The notes below the pieces were generated by a model. That model was not told where the DNA came from, searched no databases, and saw only the letters and a list, made by a program, of their open reading frames with translations. DNA of 64,000 nt from an uncultured Collinsella sp. (lineage in GTDB: Bacteria > Actinomycetota > Coriobacteriia > Coriobacteriales > Coriobacteriaceae). The position numbers and the translations under genes were made by a program. The stretch lies in the NCBI GenBank assembly GCA_958421655.1, contig CATZMG010000001.1, positions 13,639-77,638 on the forward strand, given 5' to 3'. Below are positions 38,627 through 48,226 of this stretch, piece after piece (the first letter of the stretch is position 1; each line of letters begins with the position of its first letter).

Positions 38627-41527
38627 ATGACCCAGCCCTTGCCCTGGGAAAAGAATGTCGCGGTACCTGTGCCGCCCGCGCCGGAACCCGTGCCGCTCGA
38701 TGCATACACCGCCCCTGCTGCGCCGGAGCCCGAGCTCGTTCCGCTCGACATCTACGACGCTCCCGCGCCGGCGCCCAAGCCCGCCAAGCCGCTCGTCGAC
38801 ATCGACAGCCTTAATCCCGCTCAGCGCGAGGCGGTCCTGACCACCGAGGGCCCGCTGCTGGTCCTTGCCGGCGCCGGCTCGGGCAAGACCCGCGTCTTGA
38901 CCTTCCGCATCGCACATATGCTCGGCGACCTGGGCGTTAAGCCCTGGCAGATCCTTGCCATCACGTTTACCAACAAGGCCGCGGCCGAGATGCGCGAGCG
39001 TCTGGCGGCACTCATCCCCAGCGGTACCCGCGGTATGTGGGTGTGCACCTTCCATGCTATGTGCGTGCGCATGCTTCGCGAGGACGCCGACTTGCTGGGC
39101 TACACCGGTCAGTTCACCATCTACGATGACGACGATTCCAAGCGCATGGTGCGCGATATTATGCAGGCGCTCGGTATCGAGCAAAAGCAATTCCCCATCA
39201 ATATGATCCGCAGCAAGATCAGTTCGGCCAAAAACGCCATGATCGGCCCTGAGGACATGCTCAAATCCGCCGACAGCCCCAACGACAAAAAGGCCGCGCA
39301 GGTCTACCTGGAGCTGGAACGCCGCCTGCGCGCCGCCAACGCGATGGACTTCGACGACCTGCTCGTGCGCACGCTCGAGCTGCTGCGCACCCGCCCCGAG
39401 GTGCTCGACAAGTACCAAGAGCGTTTCCGCTACATTAGCGTCGACGAGTATCAGGACACCAACCACGTCCAGTACGAGATCGCCAACCTGCTAGCCGCCA
39501 AGTACCAAAACCTCATGGTCGTGGGCGACGATGACCAGTCCATTTACAGCTGGCGTGGCGCCGACATCACCAACATCCTGGACTTTGAGAAGGACTTTAA
39601 AAACTGCAAGACCGTCAAGCTGGAGCAGAACTACCGCTCTACGGGTCACATCCTGAGCGCCGCCAATGCCGTGGTGCGCCACAACTCGCAGCGCAAGGAC
39701 AAGCGCCTGTTTACGGCCGAGGGCGACGGCGAGAAGATCCAGGCCTTCCAGGCAAGCGATGAGCGCGACGAGGGCCGCTGGATTGCCGGCGAGATCGAAA
39801 AGCTGCACTCCAAGGGCACGAGTTACGACGATATCGCCGTGTTCTACCGCACCAACGCCCAGTCGCGTATTCTCGAAGATATGTTCCTGCGCGCGGGCGT
39901 GCCCTACAAGATTGTGGGCGGCACGCGATTCTTCGACCGTGCCGAGATCCGCGACGTCATGGCCTACCTTAAGATGATCGTGAACCCGGCAGACGAGATG
40001 AGCGTCAAGCGCGTCATCAACACGCCGCGCCGCGGCATCGGCTCCACCTCGATCCAAAAGATTGAGCAGCTGGCGCGCGACAACCGTTGCTCGTTCTTCC
40101 AGGCTTGCGAGATCGCGTGCGCCGAAACCGGCATGTTTAGCGCCAAGGTGCGCAATGGCCTGTCGAGCTTTGTGTCGCTGGTGCGCGAGGGTCGCCGCAT
40201 GGACGGCGAGCTCAAGGACGTCGTCGAGATGATTGTCGATAAGACGGGCCTGCTGCAGGCTTTCCGCGCCGAGGGCACCATGGAGTCCGAGAGCCGCGCC
40301 GAGAACATCCAGGAATTCCTGGGTGTCGCTGCCGAATTTGAGGAGACGCACGAGGATATCGAAGGCACGCTCGAGAGCTTGGAAGAGCTGCGCGCTGCTG
40401 GTGTTGCCGATGTGTCCGCCGACGTTGAGCCCGAGCCCGTTGTGGTGAGCGCGCCTGCGCCCGAGCCCGGCCCGTCTGCGCCCGTGTCTTCGTTTGAGGC
40501 GCTCGTTGGCGCGCGTGATGCCGCGGGTTCCAATCCGCTCGATAGCCTGGCCGCTCCGGCGCTTTCTCCGCAGGATGCCCTGGCCGCCGCCATCGCGGGC
40601 AACGCGTATGCCGCGCCGACTGAGCTGCCGGCGGGCGCCGTGCATGCTGACGAGATCGAGCGCACCTACGGTCCGCTCACTTGTAAGGCGCTGCCGGCAC
40701 TCATGGAGTGGCTGGCCCTGCGCTCCGACTTGGATTCCCTGGCCGGCGAGACGCATGCCATTACCATGATGACCATCCACTCCGCCAAGGGCCTGGAGTT
40801 CCCGGCGGTGTTCGTGGCCGGCATGGAGGAGGGTATCTTCCCGCACGTGCACGACTTTGGCGGTAGTGACGATCCGGGCAAGCTCGAGGAGGAGCGCCGC
40901 TTGGCCTACGTCGCCATCACGCGTGCTCGCAAGCGCCTGTTCTTGACTTACGCCGCTACGCGCCGCACCTACGGCTCGACCTCTGCCAACCCGCGCTCGC
41001 GCTTCCTCAACGAGATCCCGTTTGAGGACATCGAGTTTAGCGGTATCGGTTCTGCCGGTTTTGAGGGCACGGGCTGGGAGAAGCGCGGCGATCGTCGTGG
41101 CACGTTTGGCTCGGGTATGGGCTCGGACATGTATGGCGGCAAGGTGTTTGGCTCGCATACGCGCTCGACCGGCGGCTCTGGATCGCGCAGCGGATCGAGC
41201 TTCGATGACTTCTTTGGCGGCAGCACTTATGGCACCGAGCGCCATCGTGGGGTTTCGCCCGACGCCGGCCGTGTTGCCTCGACCTTTGGTTCGGGCGCGC
41301 CGCGAGCCAAAAAGCCGTCATCCAAGGTATCCCCGACGGTGGAGCGCAAGGTCGATCGTGCCAGCGCATCGCAAGACTTTGCCGCGGGCGATACCGTGAG
41401 TCATAAGACCTTTGGCACGGGCACCGTGATCTCGGTCGCCGGAGACATGATTGAGGTCCAATTCGAAAAGACCGGCCAGACCAAAAAGCTAATGAAAGGC
41501 TTCGCGCCGATCGTCAAGCTGTCGTGA
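38627..41527 (+). CDS. pcrA: ATP-dependent DNA helicase PcrA/UvrD
   Basis: AGAGSGKT, DEYQD, GDDDQSIY, NYRS, HSAKGLEF, EERRLAYVAITRA; C-terminal Tudor-like domain. Confidence 0.96.
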   Translation: MTQPLPWEKNVAVPVPPAPEPVPLDAYTAPAAPEPELVPLDIYDAPAPAPKPAKPLVDIDSLNPAQREAVLTTEGPLLVLAGAGSGKTRVLTFRIAHMLGDLGVKPWQILAITFTNKAAAEMRERLAALIPSGTRGMWVCTFHAMCVRMLREDADLLGYTGQFTIYDDDDSKRMVRDIMQALGIEQKQFPINMIRSKISSAKNAMIGPEDMLKSADSPNDKKAAQVYLELERRLRAANAMDFDDLLVRTLELLRTRPEVLDKYQERFRYISVDEYQDTNHVQYEIANLLAAKYQNLMVVGDDDQSIYSWRGADITNILDFEKDFKNCKTVKLEQNYRSTGHILSAANAVVRHNSQRKDKRLFTAEGDGEKIQAFQASDERDEGRWIAGEIEKLHSKGTSYDDIAVFYRTNAQSRILEDMFLRAGVPYKIVGGTRFFDRAEIRDVMAYLKMIVNPADEMSVKRVINTPRRGIGSTSIQKIEQLARDNRCSFFQACEIACAETGMFSAKVRNGLSSFVSLVREGRRMDGELKDVVEMIVDKTGLLQAFRAEGTMESESRAENIQEFLGVAAEFEETHEDIEGTLESLEELRAAGVADVSADVEPEPVVVSAPAPEPGPSAPVSSFEALVGARDAAGSNPLDSLAAPALSPQDALAAAIAGNAYAAPTELPAGAVHADEIERTYGPLTCKALPALMEWLALRSDLDSLAGETHAITMMTIHSAKGLEFPAVFVAGMEEGIFPHVHDFGGSDDPGKLEEERRLAYVAITRARKRLFLTYAATRRTYGSTSANPRSRFLNEIPFEDIEFSGIGSAGFEGTGWEKRGDRRGTFGSGMGSDMYGGKVFGSHTRSTGGSGSRSGSSFDDFFGGSTYGTERHRGVSPDAGRVASTFGSGAPRAKKPSSKVSPTVERKVDRASASQDFAAGDTVSHKTFGTGTVISVAGDMIEVQFEKTGQTKKLMKGFAPIVKLS

Positions 41528-41534
41528 TCCCGGC

Positions 41535-41664
41535 GGACCTGGGCGGGCGTATAGGGCAACATCGCCTGCTCGGACAGTCCTGCGCAAGACGGAGAGCACA
41601 TTAAGTGCTCTCCTTTGCGTGCGGAACTCGCGATCGATGTTGCCCTATGCGCCCGCCCAGGTCC
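41535..41664. repeat. 130-bp palindromic element with 30-bp arms
   Basis: GGACCTGGGCGGGCGTATAGGGCAACATCG / CGATGTTGCCCTATGCGCCCGCCCAGGTCC; centre GGAGAGCAC-ATTAA-GTGCTCTCC. Confidence 0.8.
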
Positions 41665-41809
41665 TTAGTTAAGGTTGCTTGCGAACATCGCTTTGCTTGT
41701 CTGCCTTTTTGGTCTGGAGAGCCGGGTGGGCTGATAAATAGATATGGCAAGGGGCTCTCCCGTACATGGACGGGGGAGCCCCTTGTTTCGTTTGGGTTGT
41801 TGGTGCGAT

Positions 41810-42742
41810 CTACAGGTGCGAGACGATCAGTTCCATCTTGCCCTCGAGCTCGATCTGGTCCACGGTGCTTGGGGCCAGCAGGTGGCTTCCCTTGCGGACG
41901 GGGTCGCCGCAGATGGTGCCTTCGCCGTCGATGACCGACAGACACATGAAGGGCCAGCGCTGCTCCAAGGTCTTGCTGCCGTCGACGCGCACGCGATCGA
42001 CGGTGTAGCAGGGGTTGGACTCGAGCTTGGTTACGCCATCGACCTCGGGCGCGGTCACCGTGCCGTCGGTCGGAGCCTGAGCATCAAAGTCGATGCATTC
42101 GAGGCTCTGCTCAATGTGCAGTGGGCGCAGCTTGCCGTCGGTGCCGGGGCGGTCGTAGTCGTACAGGCGATATGTCACGTCGCTCGACTGCTGCGTCTCC
42201 AGAATCAGCGTGCCGGTCTTGATGGCGTGAACGGTGCCGGAGTCGATCTGGAAAAAGTCTCCCTTGTGAATCGGCAGCACGTTGAGCATCTCGTCCCAAC
42301 GGCCCTCTTCGATCATCTGTGCGGCCTCGGCGCGGTCGTGCGCGCGCTGGCCGACGATGATCGTGGCGCCGGGCTCGCAGTCCAGCACATACCAGCACTC
42401 GGTTTTGCCCAGGCTGCCGTTCTCGTGCTCGGCGGCGTACTCGTCGTTGGGATGAATCTGGATTGAAAGGTCGTCCTTGGCGTCCAGAATCTTAATGAGC
42501 AGCGGGAACTCCTTGCCCTCGCAGTTGCCAAAGAGCTCGCGGTGCTCGGCCCACAGCCATGACAGCGTGTGACCGGCGTACGGGCCCTCAGCGATCTGGC
42601 AGTCGCCGTTGGGGTGTGCCGAGATGGCCCAGCACTCACCGATGGGGCCATCGGGAATGTCGTAGCCAAACACGGTCTCCAGCTGGCGGCCGCCCCAGAT
42701 CTTCTCGTGGAAGATCGGCGTCAGTTTAATCAAATCGGACAT
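41810..42742 (-). CDS. manA: Mannose-6-phosphate isomerase, type I
   Basis: IWGG, GECW.ISAH, LSIQ.HP, GKTECWY, E.QQ.SD.TYR.YD motifs. Confidence 0.95.
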   Translation of the reverse strand: MSDLIKLTPIFHEKIWGGRQLETVFGYDIPDGPIGECWAISAHPNGDCQIAEGPYAGHTLSWLWAEHRELFGNCEGKEFPLLIKILDAKDDLSIQIHPNDEYAAEHENGSLGKTECWYVLDCEPGATIIVGQRAHDRAEAAQMIEEGRWDEMLNVLPIHKGDFFQIDSGTVHAIKTGTLILETQQSSDVTYRLYDYDRPGTDGKLRPLHIEQSLECIDFDAQAPTDGTVTAPEVDGVTKLESNPCYTVDRVRVDGSKTLEQRWPFMCLSVIDGEGTICGDPVRKGSHLLAPSTVDQIELEGKMELIVSHL

Positions 42743-42816
42743 GTTCATACTCCCATTGTGCTGCGTGGGCGCCGCGTAAAACTGCTCAAAACGAGCGCCC
42801 GCATGACTACAAAAAC

Positions 42817-43536
42817 CTATGCCAACGTTACGTTGTGCAACTCAAAGCGGTCGCCAACGTTGCGCGAGATCGAATACTCAAAGGCGGCGCCGCTGTCCAA
42901 AAAGCCAATCTGGGTGAGCTCGAGCAGGGGAGAGCCAGGTTCGGTGTCCAGACGCTCGGCTTCTTCCTCGGTTGCCGCGACGGCGCGAATGGTACGGTGG
43001 AAGCTCGAAATCTTCAGGCCACATTGCTCGCGGATGAAGCGGTAGAGCGATCCGTACAGGTCCTTCTTTTTAAGGCCTGGAATCAGCTCGAGGGGCAGGT
43101 AGGTGTACTCGATAACGATGGGCTTCTCGTCGGCCTGACGCACGCGCACGATGTGATAGGCAAAGTCATCCTCGGCAATTCCCAGCTGGGCTGCGATGTC
43201 CGCTGGTGGATTAACAATCGAGAAATCGTAGACCACCGAGGTCACCTTCTCCCCGCGGTGCTCATACGAAAAACCCTGGGTACGGTCGTTTTTGCCCTGG
43301 AAAAACGCCTGGCCGGGAAGCCCCGCCGTGTCCTTAACGTAGGTACCCGATCCACGCCGGCTGGTAATAAGACCTTCCTCGGTGATTTGTTCAATAGCTC
43401 GTTTGACGGTGATTTTGGAAACGCTATAGAGCTCGCAGAACTCAACGACGGTAGGAAGCTTGTCGCCCGGTTTAAGAGCGCCATCCTCGATAGTGCGACG
43501 AATATCCGCAGCTATCGCCTCGTATTTGGGAATCAT
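42817..43536 (-). CDS. GntR/HutC-family regulator with UTRA domain
   Basis: KY..IA, G.KLP, VS.ITV..A, RGSGTYV motifs; UTRA C-terminus. Confidence 0.92.
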   Translation of the reverse strand: MIPKYEAIAADIRRTIEDGALKPGDKLPTVVEFCELYSVSKITVKRAIEQITEEGLITSRRGSGTYVKDTAGLPGQAFFQGKNDRTQGFSYEHRGEKVTSVVYDFSIVNPPADIAAQLGIAEDDFAYHIVRVRQADEKPIVIEYTYLPLELIPGLKKKDLYGSLYRFIREQCGLKISSFHRTIRAVAATEEEAERLDTEPGSPLLELTQIGFLDSGAAFEYSISRNVGDRFELHNVTLA

Positions 43537-43652
43537 GGAACCTCCTTTCCAACTTGATTGAGTATAAAAGAAAGTATAGTTAACACCTAAGCATCCCTAT
43601 TATATATTGAAAAAGTTCGAGAAAGATATAATTAAAAGTCGCCTTGCATATA

Positions 43653-43670
43653 AATTAGAGCGCTCTAATT
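43653..43670. promoter_or_regulatory. Perfect 18-bp palindrome, probable operator
   Basis: AATTAGAGCGCTCTAATT in an AT-rich divergent promoter region. Confidence 0.6.
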
Positions 43671-43714
43671 AGATAAACATCTGAGTAATGTCGCGTTAAG
43701 CGGTCATTCGCGTT

Positions 43715-43762
43715 TTCCCAGATAAAACCTGCAAAAACAAACCTGTCCCTTTTTGGTAGGTT
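43715..43762 (-). repeat. Solo arm of the 7618-7732 element
   Basis: TTCCCAGATAAAACCTGCAAAAACAAACCTGTCCCTTTTTGGTAGGTT is close to the reverse complement of 7618-7667. Confidence 0.75.
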
Positions 43763-43818
43763 TTTGCCTTGGGAGCGGTACCATACAGGCAATGTTTAAA
43801 CGAGAAAGGTGGGCTCCC

Positions 43819-44772
43819 ATGGAACCTAAGCAATACTACATCGGCATTGACGTCGGCGGCACTTCGGTCAAGGAGGGCCTGTTCGACGAAGACGGTAACC
43901 TGCTGGCCAAGGCCAGTGTGCCTACGCCTCCCATCGTTGACGCTGCGGGCTTTGCCGCGGTGACCGAGGCTATCGACCAGGTGGTCGCCAAGGCGCAGAT
44001 TCCGCGTGCCTTTGTGGCAGGCATTGGCCTGGCCGTTCCGTGCCCCATCCCGGCATCGGGCGATGCCAAGGTCAAGGCCAACATTGCCATTAACCTGCCC
44101 GAGCTGAGGATCGCCATTCAAAAGCACTGCCCCGACGCGGTCGTTAAGTATGAGAACGATGCCAACGCCGCTGCCATGGGCGAGGCCTGGCTCGGTTCTG
44201 CCAAGGGCGTGCAGAACGTCGTGATGGTCACCATCGGTACCGGCGTGGGCGGCGGCGTTATCGTTAACGGCGACGTGGTATCGGGCGTTGTGGGCGCCGG
44301 CGGCGAGATTGGCCACATGTGCCTGAACCCGGCTGAAGAGCGCACCTGCGGCTGCGGTGGCCATGGCCACCTGGAGCAGTATTCCAGCGCCACCGGCGTG
44401 GTGAGCAACTACCTTGCCGAGTGCAAGAAGGCGGGCGTCGAGCCCATCGAGCTCACCGGTCCCTCCGATTCCAAGGACGTGTTCCAGGCCTGCCGCGAGG
44501 GCGACAAGCTTGCGCTGGCCGCGGCCGATACCATGGCCGACTATCTCGGTCGCGCACTGGCGCTTATTGCCAACGTGGTCGATCCCGAGATGTTCCTTAT
44601 CGGCGGCGGCGCCTCCGCCTCGGCCGATGTCTACCTCGACAAGGCTCGCGAGTACTTCCAGCGCTACGCGCTTTCTGCCTCGCGCGAGACGCCCATTAAG
44701 GTCGCTTCGCTCGGAAACGACGCCGGCATCATCGGTGCCGCCTACGTAGCCCTGCGCGCCGCCGGTAAATAG
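43819..44772 (+). CDS. ROK-family sugar kinase (glucokinase-like)
   Basis: GIDVGGT, ENDANAAA.GE, GTGVGGG, GEIGH, C.CG..G.LE motifs. Confidence 0.93.
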   Translation: MEPKQYYIGIDVGGTSVKEGLFDEDGNLLAKASVPTPPIVDAAGFAAVTEAIDQVVAKAQIPRAFVAGIGLAVPCPIPASGDAKVKANIAINLPELRIAIQKHCPDAVVKYENDANAAAMGEAWLGSAKGVQNVVMVTIGTGVGGGVIVNGDVVSGVVGAGGEIGHMCLNPAEERTCGCGGHGHLEQYSSATGVVSNYLAECKKAGVEPIELTGPSDSKDVFQACREGDKLALAAADTMADYLGRALALIANVVDPEMFLIGGGASASADVYLDKAREYFQRYALSASRETPIKVASLGNDAGIIGAAYVALRAAGK

Positions 44773-44773
44773 C

Positions 44774-44826
44774 TGGTGCAAGGGGGACAGGTTACATTGC
44801 ACCAACATGGTGCAAAAGGGACAGCC
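44774..44826. repeat. GGGACAGGTT-loop hairpin plus partial second unit
   Basis: TGGTGCAA-GGGGGACAGGTTACA-TTGCACCA then TGGTGCAAAAGGGACAG. Confidence 0.7.
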
Positions 44827-44940
44827 TTGGCCCCCGTGCCTGCGCCCCAAAATATGCCGTGGCCCTTCCGTCTGCGAAGGCTCGGCATCGGCGTGCTACC
44901 ATAGCTACGTCCAAGTACACATATCAAGTGGAGGATATCC

Positions 44941-45864
44941 ATGGCAAACGTTCTTGTCTTTGGTCACCAGAACCCCGATAACGACGCCATCATGAGCGCC
45001 GTCGTCCTGTCCCAGCTGCTCAACCAGGTTGAGTATGCTGGCAACACCTACGAGGCTTGCGCTCTGGGTCAGCTTCCGGCCGAGTCCGCCAAGCTGCTCG
45101 CCGACGCCGGCATTGCCGAGCCCCGCGTGATCGAGTCCGTCGAGGCCGGCCAGCTCGTCGTCCTCACCGACCACAACGAGTCCGCCCAGTCCGTCGCCGG
45201 CCTTAAGGACGCCACGGTCTTTGGCGTTGTCGATCATCACCGCATCGGCGACTTCGAGACCGCCGGCCCGCTGCACTACATCTGCCTGCCCTGGGGCTCC
45301 AGCTGCACCATCGTCACCAAGCTCGCCGGCGTGCTCGGCGTTGAGCTTTCCGACGTTCAGGCTAAGCTGCTGCTCTCGGCCATGATGACCGACACGCTCA
45401 TGCTCAAGAGCCCCACCACCACCGATGTCGACCGCGCCGTCGCCGCCAAGCTCGGCGAGCAGGTGGGCGTCGACCCGGTCAAGTTTGGCATGGAGGTCTT
45501 CCTTACCCGTCCGTCCGGCTCCTTCACCGCAGCCGAGATGGTCGGCAACGACATCAAGATGTTCGAGCCCGCCGGCAAGAAGCTGCTCATCGGCCAGTAC
45601 GAGACCGTCGACAAGAGCCGTGCGCTCGGCATGATCGACGAGATCCGCGAGGCCATGCGCGCCTACGCCGCCGAGAAGGATGCCGACGGCATCGTCCTGT
45701 GCATCACCGACATCATGGAGGAGGGCTCGCAGGTCCTGCTCGAGGGCGAGACCGAGGCCGCTCAGAAGGGCCTGGGCATCGCCGACGAGCACGACGGCGT
45801 CTGGATGCCGGGCGTCCTCTCCCGTAAGAAGCAGGTCGCTGCCCCCATCATGGCCGCCTGCTAG
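44941..45864 (+). CDS. ppaC: Manganese-dependent inorganic pyrophosphatase
   Basis: FGH.NPD.D, TDHNE, DHHR, DT...KSPTTT, SRKKQ motifs. Confidence 0.95.
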   Translation: MANVLVFGHQNPDNDAIMSAVVLSQLLNQVEYAGNTYEACALGQLPAESAKLLADAGIAEPRVIESVEAGQLVVLTDHNESAQSVAGLKDATVFGVVDHHRIGDFETAGPLHYICLPWGSSCTIVTKLAGVLGVELSDVQAKLLLSAMMTDTLMLKSPTTTDVDRAVAAKLGEQVGVDPVKFGMEVFLTRPSGSFTAAEMVGNDIKMFEPAGKKLLIGQYETVDKSRALGMIDEIREAMRAYAAEKDADGIVLCITDIMEEGSQVLLEGETEAAQKGLGIADEHDGVWMPGVLSRKKQVAAPIMAAC

Positions 45865-46062
45865 GTTTTTTGACCTAACACTGACGACCGGATCGCGGAA
45901 GCCCGCGTTCCGGTCGTTTTTTTGTGTATGGAGCCATGCCTTCTCTTGGACAGGGGCTTTTGTGCCGTTGAGCAAATAATGTTCAACCTGTGGTTCCGCT
46001 TTTCGGCCGCGCTCGCGCGCTTGTCGCGCAGGGTAGGCTAGATGCAAGCGTAATACGTCGGA

Positions 46063-46098
46063 GCGCGGCGCCGCCATCTGGGCGGGCCGTGCTTTTTT
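46063..46098 (+). promoter_or_regulatory. Structured 5' leader of nhaA (terminator-like hairpin, possible riboswitch)
   Basis: AGCGCGGC-GCCGCC-ATCT-GGGCGG-GCCGTGCT followed by TTTTT, about 35 nt before the start codon. Confidence 0.45.
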
Positions 46099-46131
46099 AA
46101 GACGGGAGCCTTCCCGTGAAAGGAGCCGCCC

Positions 46132-47490
46132 ATGGCAGCACCCGAGCAGCTGTTTAACGTTCGTGAACGCAAGCGTTTTGAGCGTCACGACATTTGGGAG
46201 CGCATTGCCGAGAACGGCACGATTTCCGCCGCCGTCATGGTGATCGCTGCCATCGCCGCCGTTATCTGCGCCAACACCGATGCCTACGAGGCCATCCATC
46301 ACTTTTTGGAGACCCCGCTGTATGTGGGTCTGGGGCATTTGACGGCTGGCCTCACCGTCGAGCTTTTCGTCAACGACTTCCTCATGGCGATTTTCTTTTT
46401 GCTGGTGGGCATTGAGCTCAAATATGAAATGACGGTCGGCGAGCTCAAAAACCCGCGCCAGGCTATGCTTCCCATGCTGGCGGCCGTGGGCGGCGTCGTC
46501 GTTCCCGCCTGCATCTATCTGATCTTTAACCATGCCGGCGCGCACAACGGCTGGGCCATTCCCATGGCAACCGATATTGCCTTTGCGCTGGGCGTGCTGT
46601 CGCTTTTGGGCAATCGCGTGCCCAACGGCGTGCGCGTGTTCTTCTCGACGCTCGCCATCGCCGACGACCTCATTTCCATCGCCGCCATCGCCATCTTCTA
46701 CGGTCAGAGTCCCAATCCGTTTTGGTTGGGCGCCGCCGCGCTTGTGACCTGCGCGCTCGTGTGGCTCAACAAGACGCAGCATTACCGCCTTGCCCCGTAT
46801 TCGGTACTGGGCCTGCTGTTGTGGTTCTGCATGTTCAAGAGCGGCGTGCACGCTACGCTTGCTGGCGTCATCCTGGCCTTCACCATCCCGGCCAAGTGCG
46901 GTGTTAAGCTTGATAGCCTCACCGATTGGCTGGGCGAGTGCTTGCCGCTGCTCGATGACCGCTACGACGACGAGGCGCACATCCTGGGCCAGCATGACTT
47001 TACCGTCTCGACTACCAAAGTCGAGCGTGTCATGCACCGCGTGACCCCGCCGCTCATCCGTATGGAGCGCCTGATCTCCACGCCGGTCAACTTTGTGATC
47101 CTGCCGATCTTCGCGTTCGTCAACGCACAGGTTCGCCTGGTGGGCGTGGACATGAGCACGCTACTCACCGACCCGGTGACGCTCGGCGTGTACTTTGGCA
47201 TGCTGCTGGGCAAGCCGATCGGCATCTTTGGCATGACGTTCTCCCTGGTCAAGCTCAAGGCCTGCGAGCTGCCGCACAATGTCAACTGGCATATGATTGC
47301 CGGCGTGGGCATTCTGGGCGGTATCGGCTTTACCATGTCGATTCTCATCAGCGGCCTCGCCTTCCCGACGGCCCAGTTTGAGGTTCTGGCTGCCAAGGCC
47401 GCTATTCTCGCCGGCTCTGTCACCGCGGCCGTACTTGGCATGATCTACATGAGTGTGATCTGCAAGCACCCCGCGCCCAAGAACGAGTAG
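46132..47490 (+). CDS. nhaA: Na+/H+ antiporter NhaA
   Basis: ND.LMAIFF, WAIPMATDIAF, LAI.DD, SGVHAT, GKPIGI, GIGFTMS motifs. Confidence 0.96.
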   Translation: MAAPEQLFNVRERKRFERHDIWERIAENGTISAAVMVIAAIAAVICANTDAYEAIHHFLETPLYVGLGHLTAGLTVELFVNDFLMAIFFLLVGIELKYEMTVGELKNPRQAMLPMLAAVGGVVVPACIYLIFNHAGAHNGWAIPMATDIAFALGVLSLLGNRVPNGVRVFFSTLAIADDLISIAAIAIFYGQSPNPFWLGAAALVTCALVWLNKTQHYRLAPYSVLGLLLWFCMFKSGVHATLAGVILAFTIPAKCGVKLDSLTDWLGECLPLLDDRYDDEAHILGQHDFTVSTTKVERVMHRVTPPLIRMERLISTPVNFVILPIFAFVNAQVRLVGVDMSTLLTDPVTLGVYFGMLLGKPIGIFGMTFSLVKLKACELPHNVNWHMIAGVGILGGIGFTMSILISGLAFPTAQFEVLAAKAAILAGSVTAAVLGMIYMSVICKHPAPKNE

Positions 47491-47574
47491 GCGCGTAGAA
47501 ACAGACGCCAGAGCCTGCTCGAGCGCGTGTAAAACGCGGTTTTGAGTGGTACTTGCCACCTGCCGGACACCCCA

Positions 47575-47804
47575 GTGGCCAAAAAACGCCGTTTGTGAGT
47601 ACTGTCACAAACGGCGTTTCATTTTAGGCGCGAAAAATAATGTACAAATCTATTCTGTCTGTGCATTAACGATTGCGTTGCTGGACGAAAAATGCTGATG
47701 CATCCTTCCAAAACCGGACACAAAAGGCCAAGACTGGCCTTTTTAATTCAAAATCGCTGTTACTAAAAAAGTAACAGTACTCATATTTGCTATTTTTTGA
47801 CCAC
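47575..47804. mobile_element. 230-bp AT-rich MITE-like element, copy 1
   Basis: Ends GTGGCCAAAAAA..TGAGTACTGTCAC / GTAACAGTACTCATATTTGCTATTTTTTGACCAC; right end shared with 62065-62282. Confidence 0.6.
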
Positions 47805-47822
47805 AGGCCCCAATGACTAGGT

Positions 47823-48077
47823 TTATTCCACGGTGCCGTAGATGGCGCCCCAGCCGTGGGCGGCCAAGGCGGAGTTGAGCTGGTCGCAAAGTGACTGGCG
47901 GTCGTAATAGCCGGGCGGTAGCAGGTTCACGATTTCCATGAGATCGGGCGCCAGGTCCAAGATTTCGGCCTGTACGATCAGATCCAGGCGGTCGATGGCG
48001 TGGCGGTCGTAAAACAGTCCGTCGACCAGGCGCTGCAGGTCGCCGAATTCCTCGGCCTGGAACGATCCGTACTCCAT
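47823..48077 (-). CDS. Small hypothetical protein
   Basis: 84-aa ORF with AAGGAGG RBS. Confidence 0.7.
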   Translation of the reverse strand: MEYGSFQAEEFGDLQRLVDGLFYDRHAIDRLDLIVQAEILDLAPDLMEIVNLLPPGYYDRQSLCDQLNSALAAHGWGAIYGTVE

Positions 48078-48226
48078 AGTGCCTCCTTGGGCGCTTCACG
48101 CCGGCATGCGCGGCGATTCGTAATTTATTGCGATGGACTTAATCTATCACGGCTTCATAACGTTGTGACGGTGGCGGTCTATACTTAGAAGAATTGCAAC
48201 GTACCGCTTCGTGAAAGGTCGCACCC

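Noticed and set aside
40365..40690. Intein in PcrA
   Set aside because: Low-complexity insert lacking the N-terminal Cys/Ser block and the terminal His-Asn.
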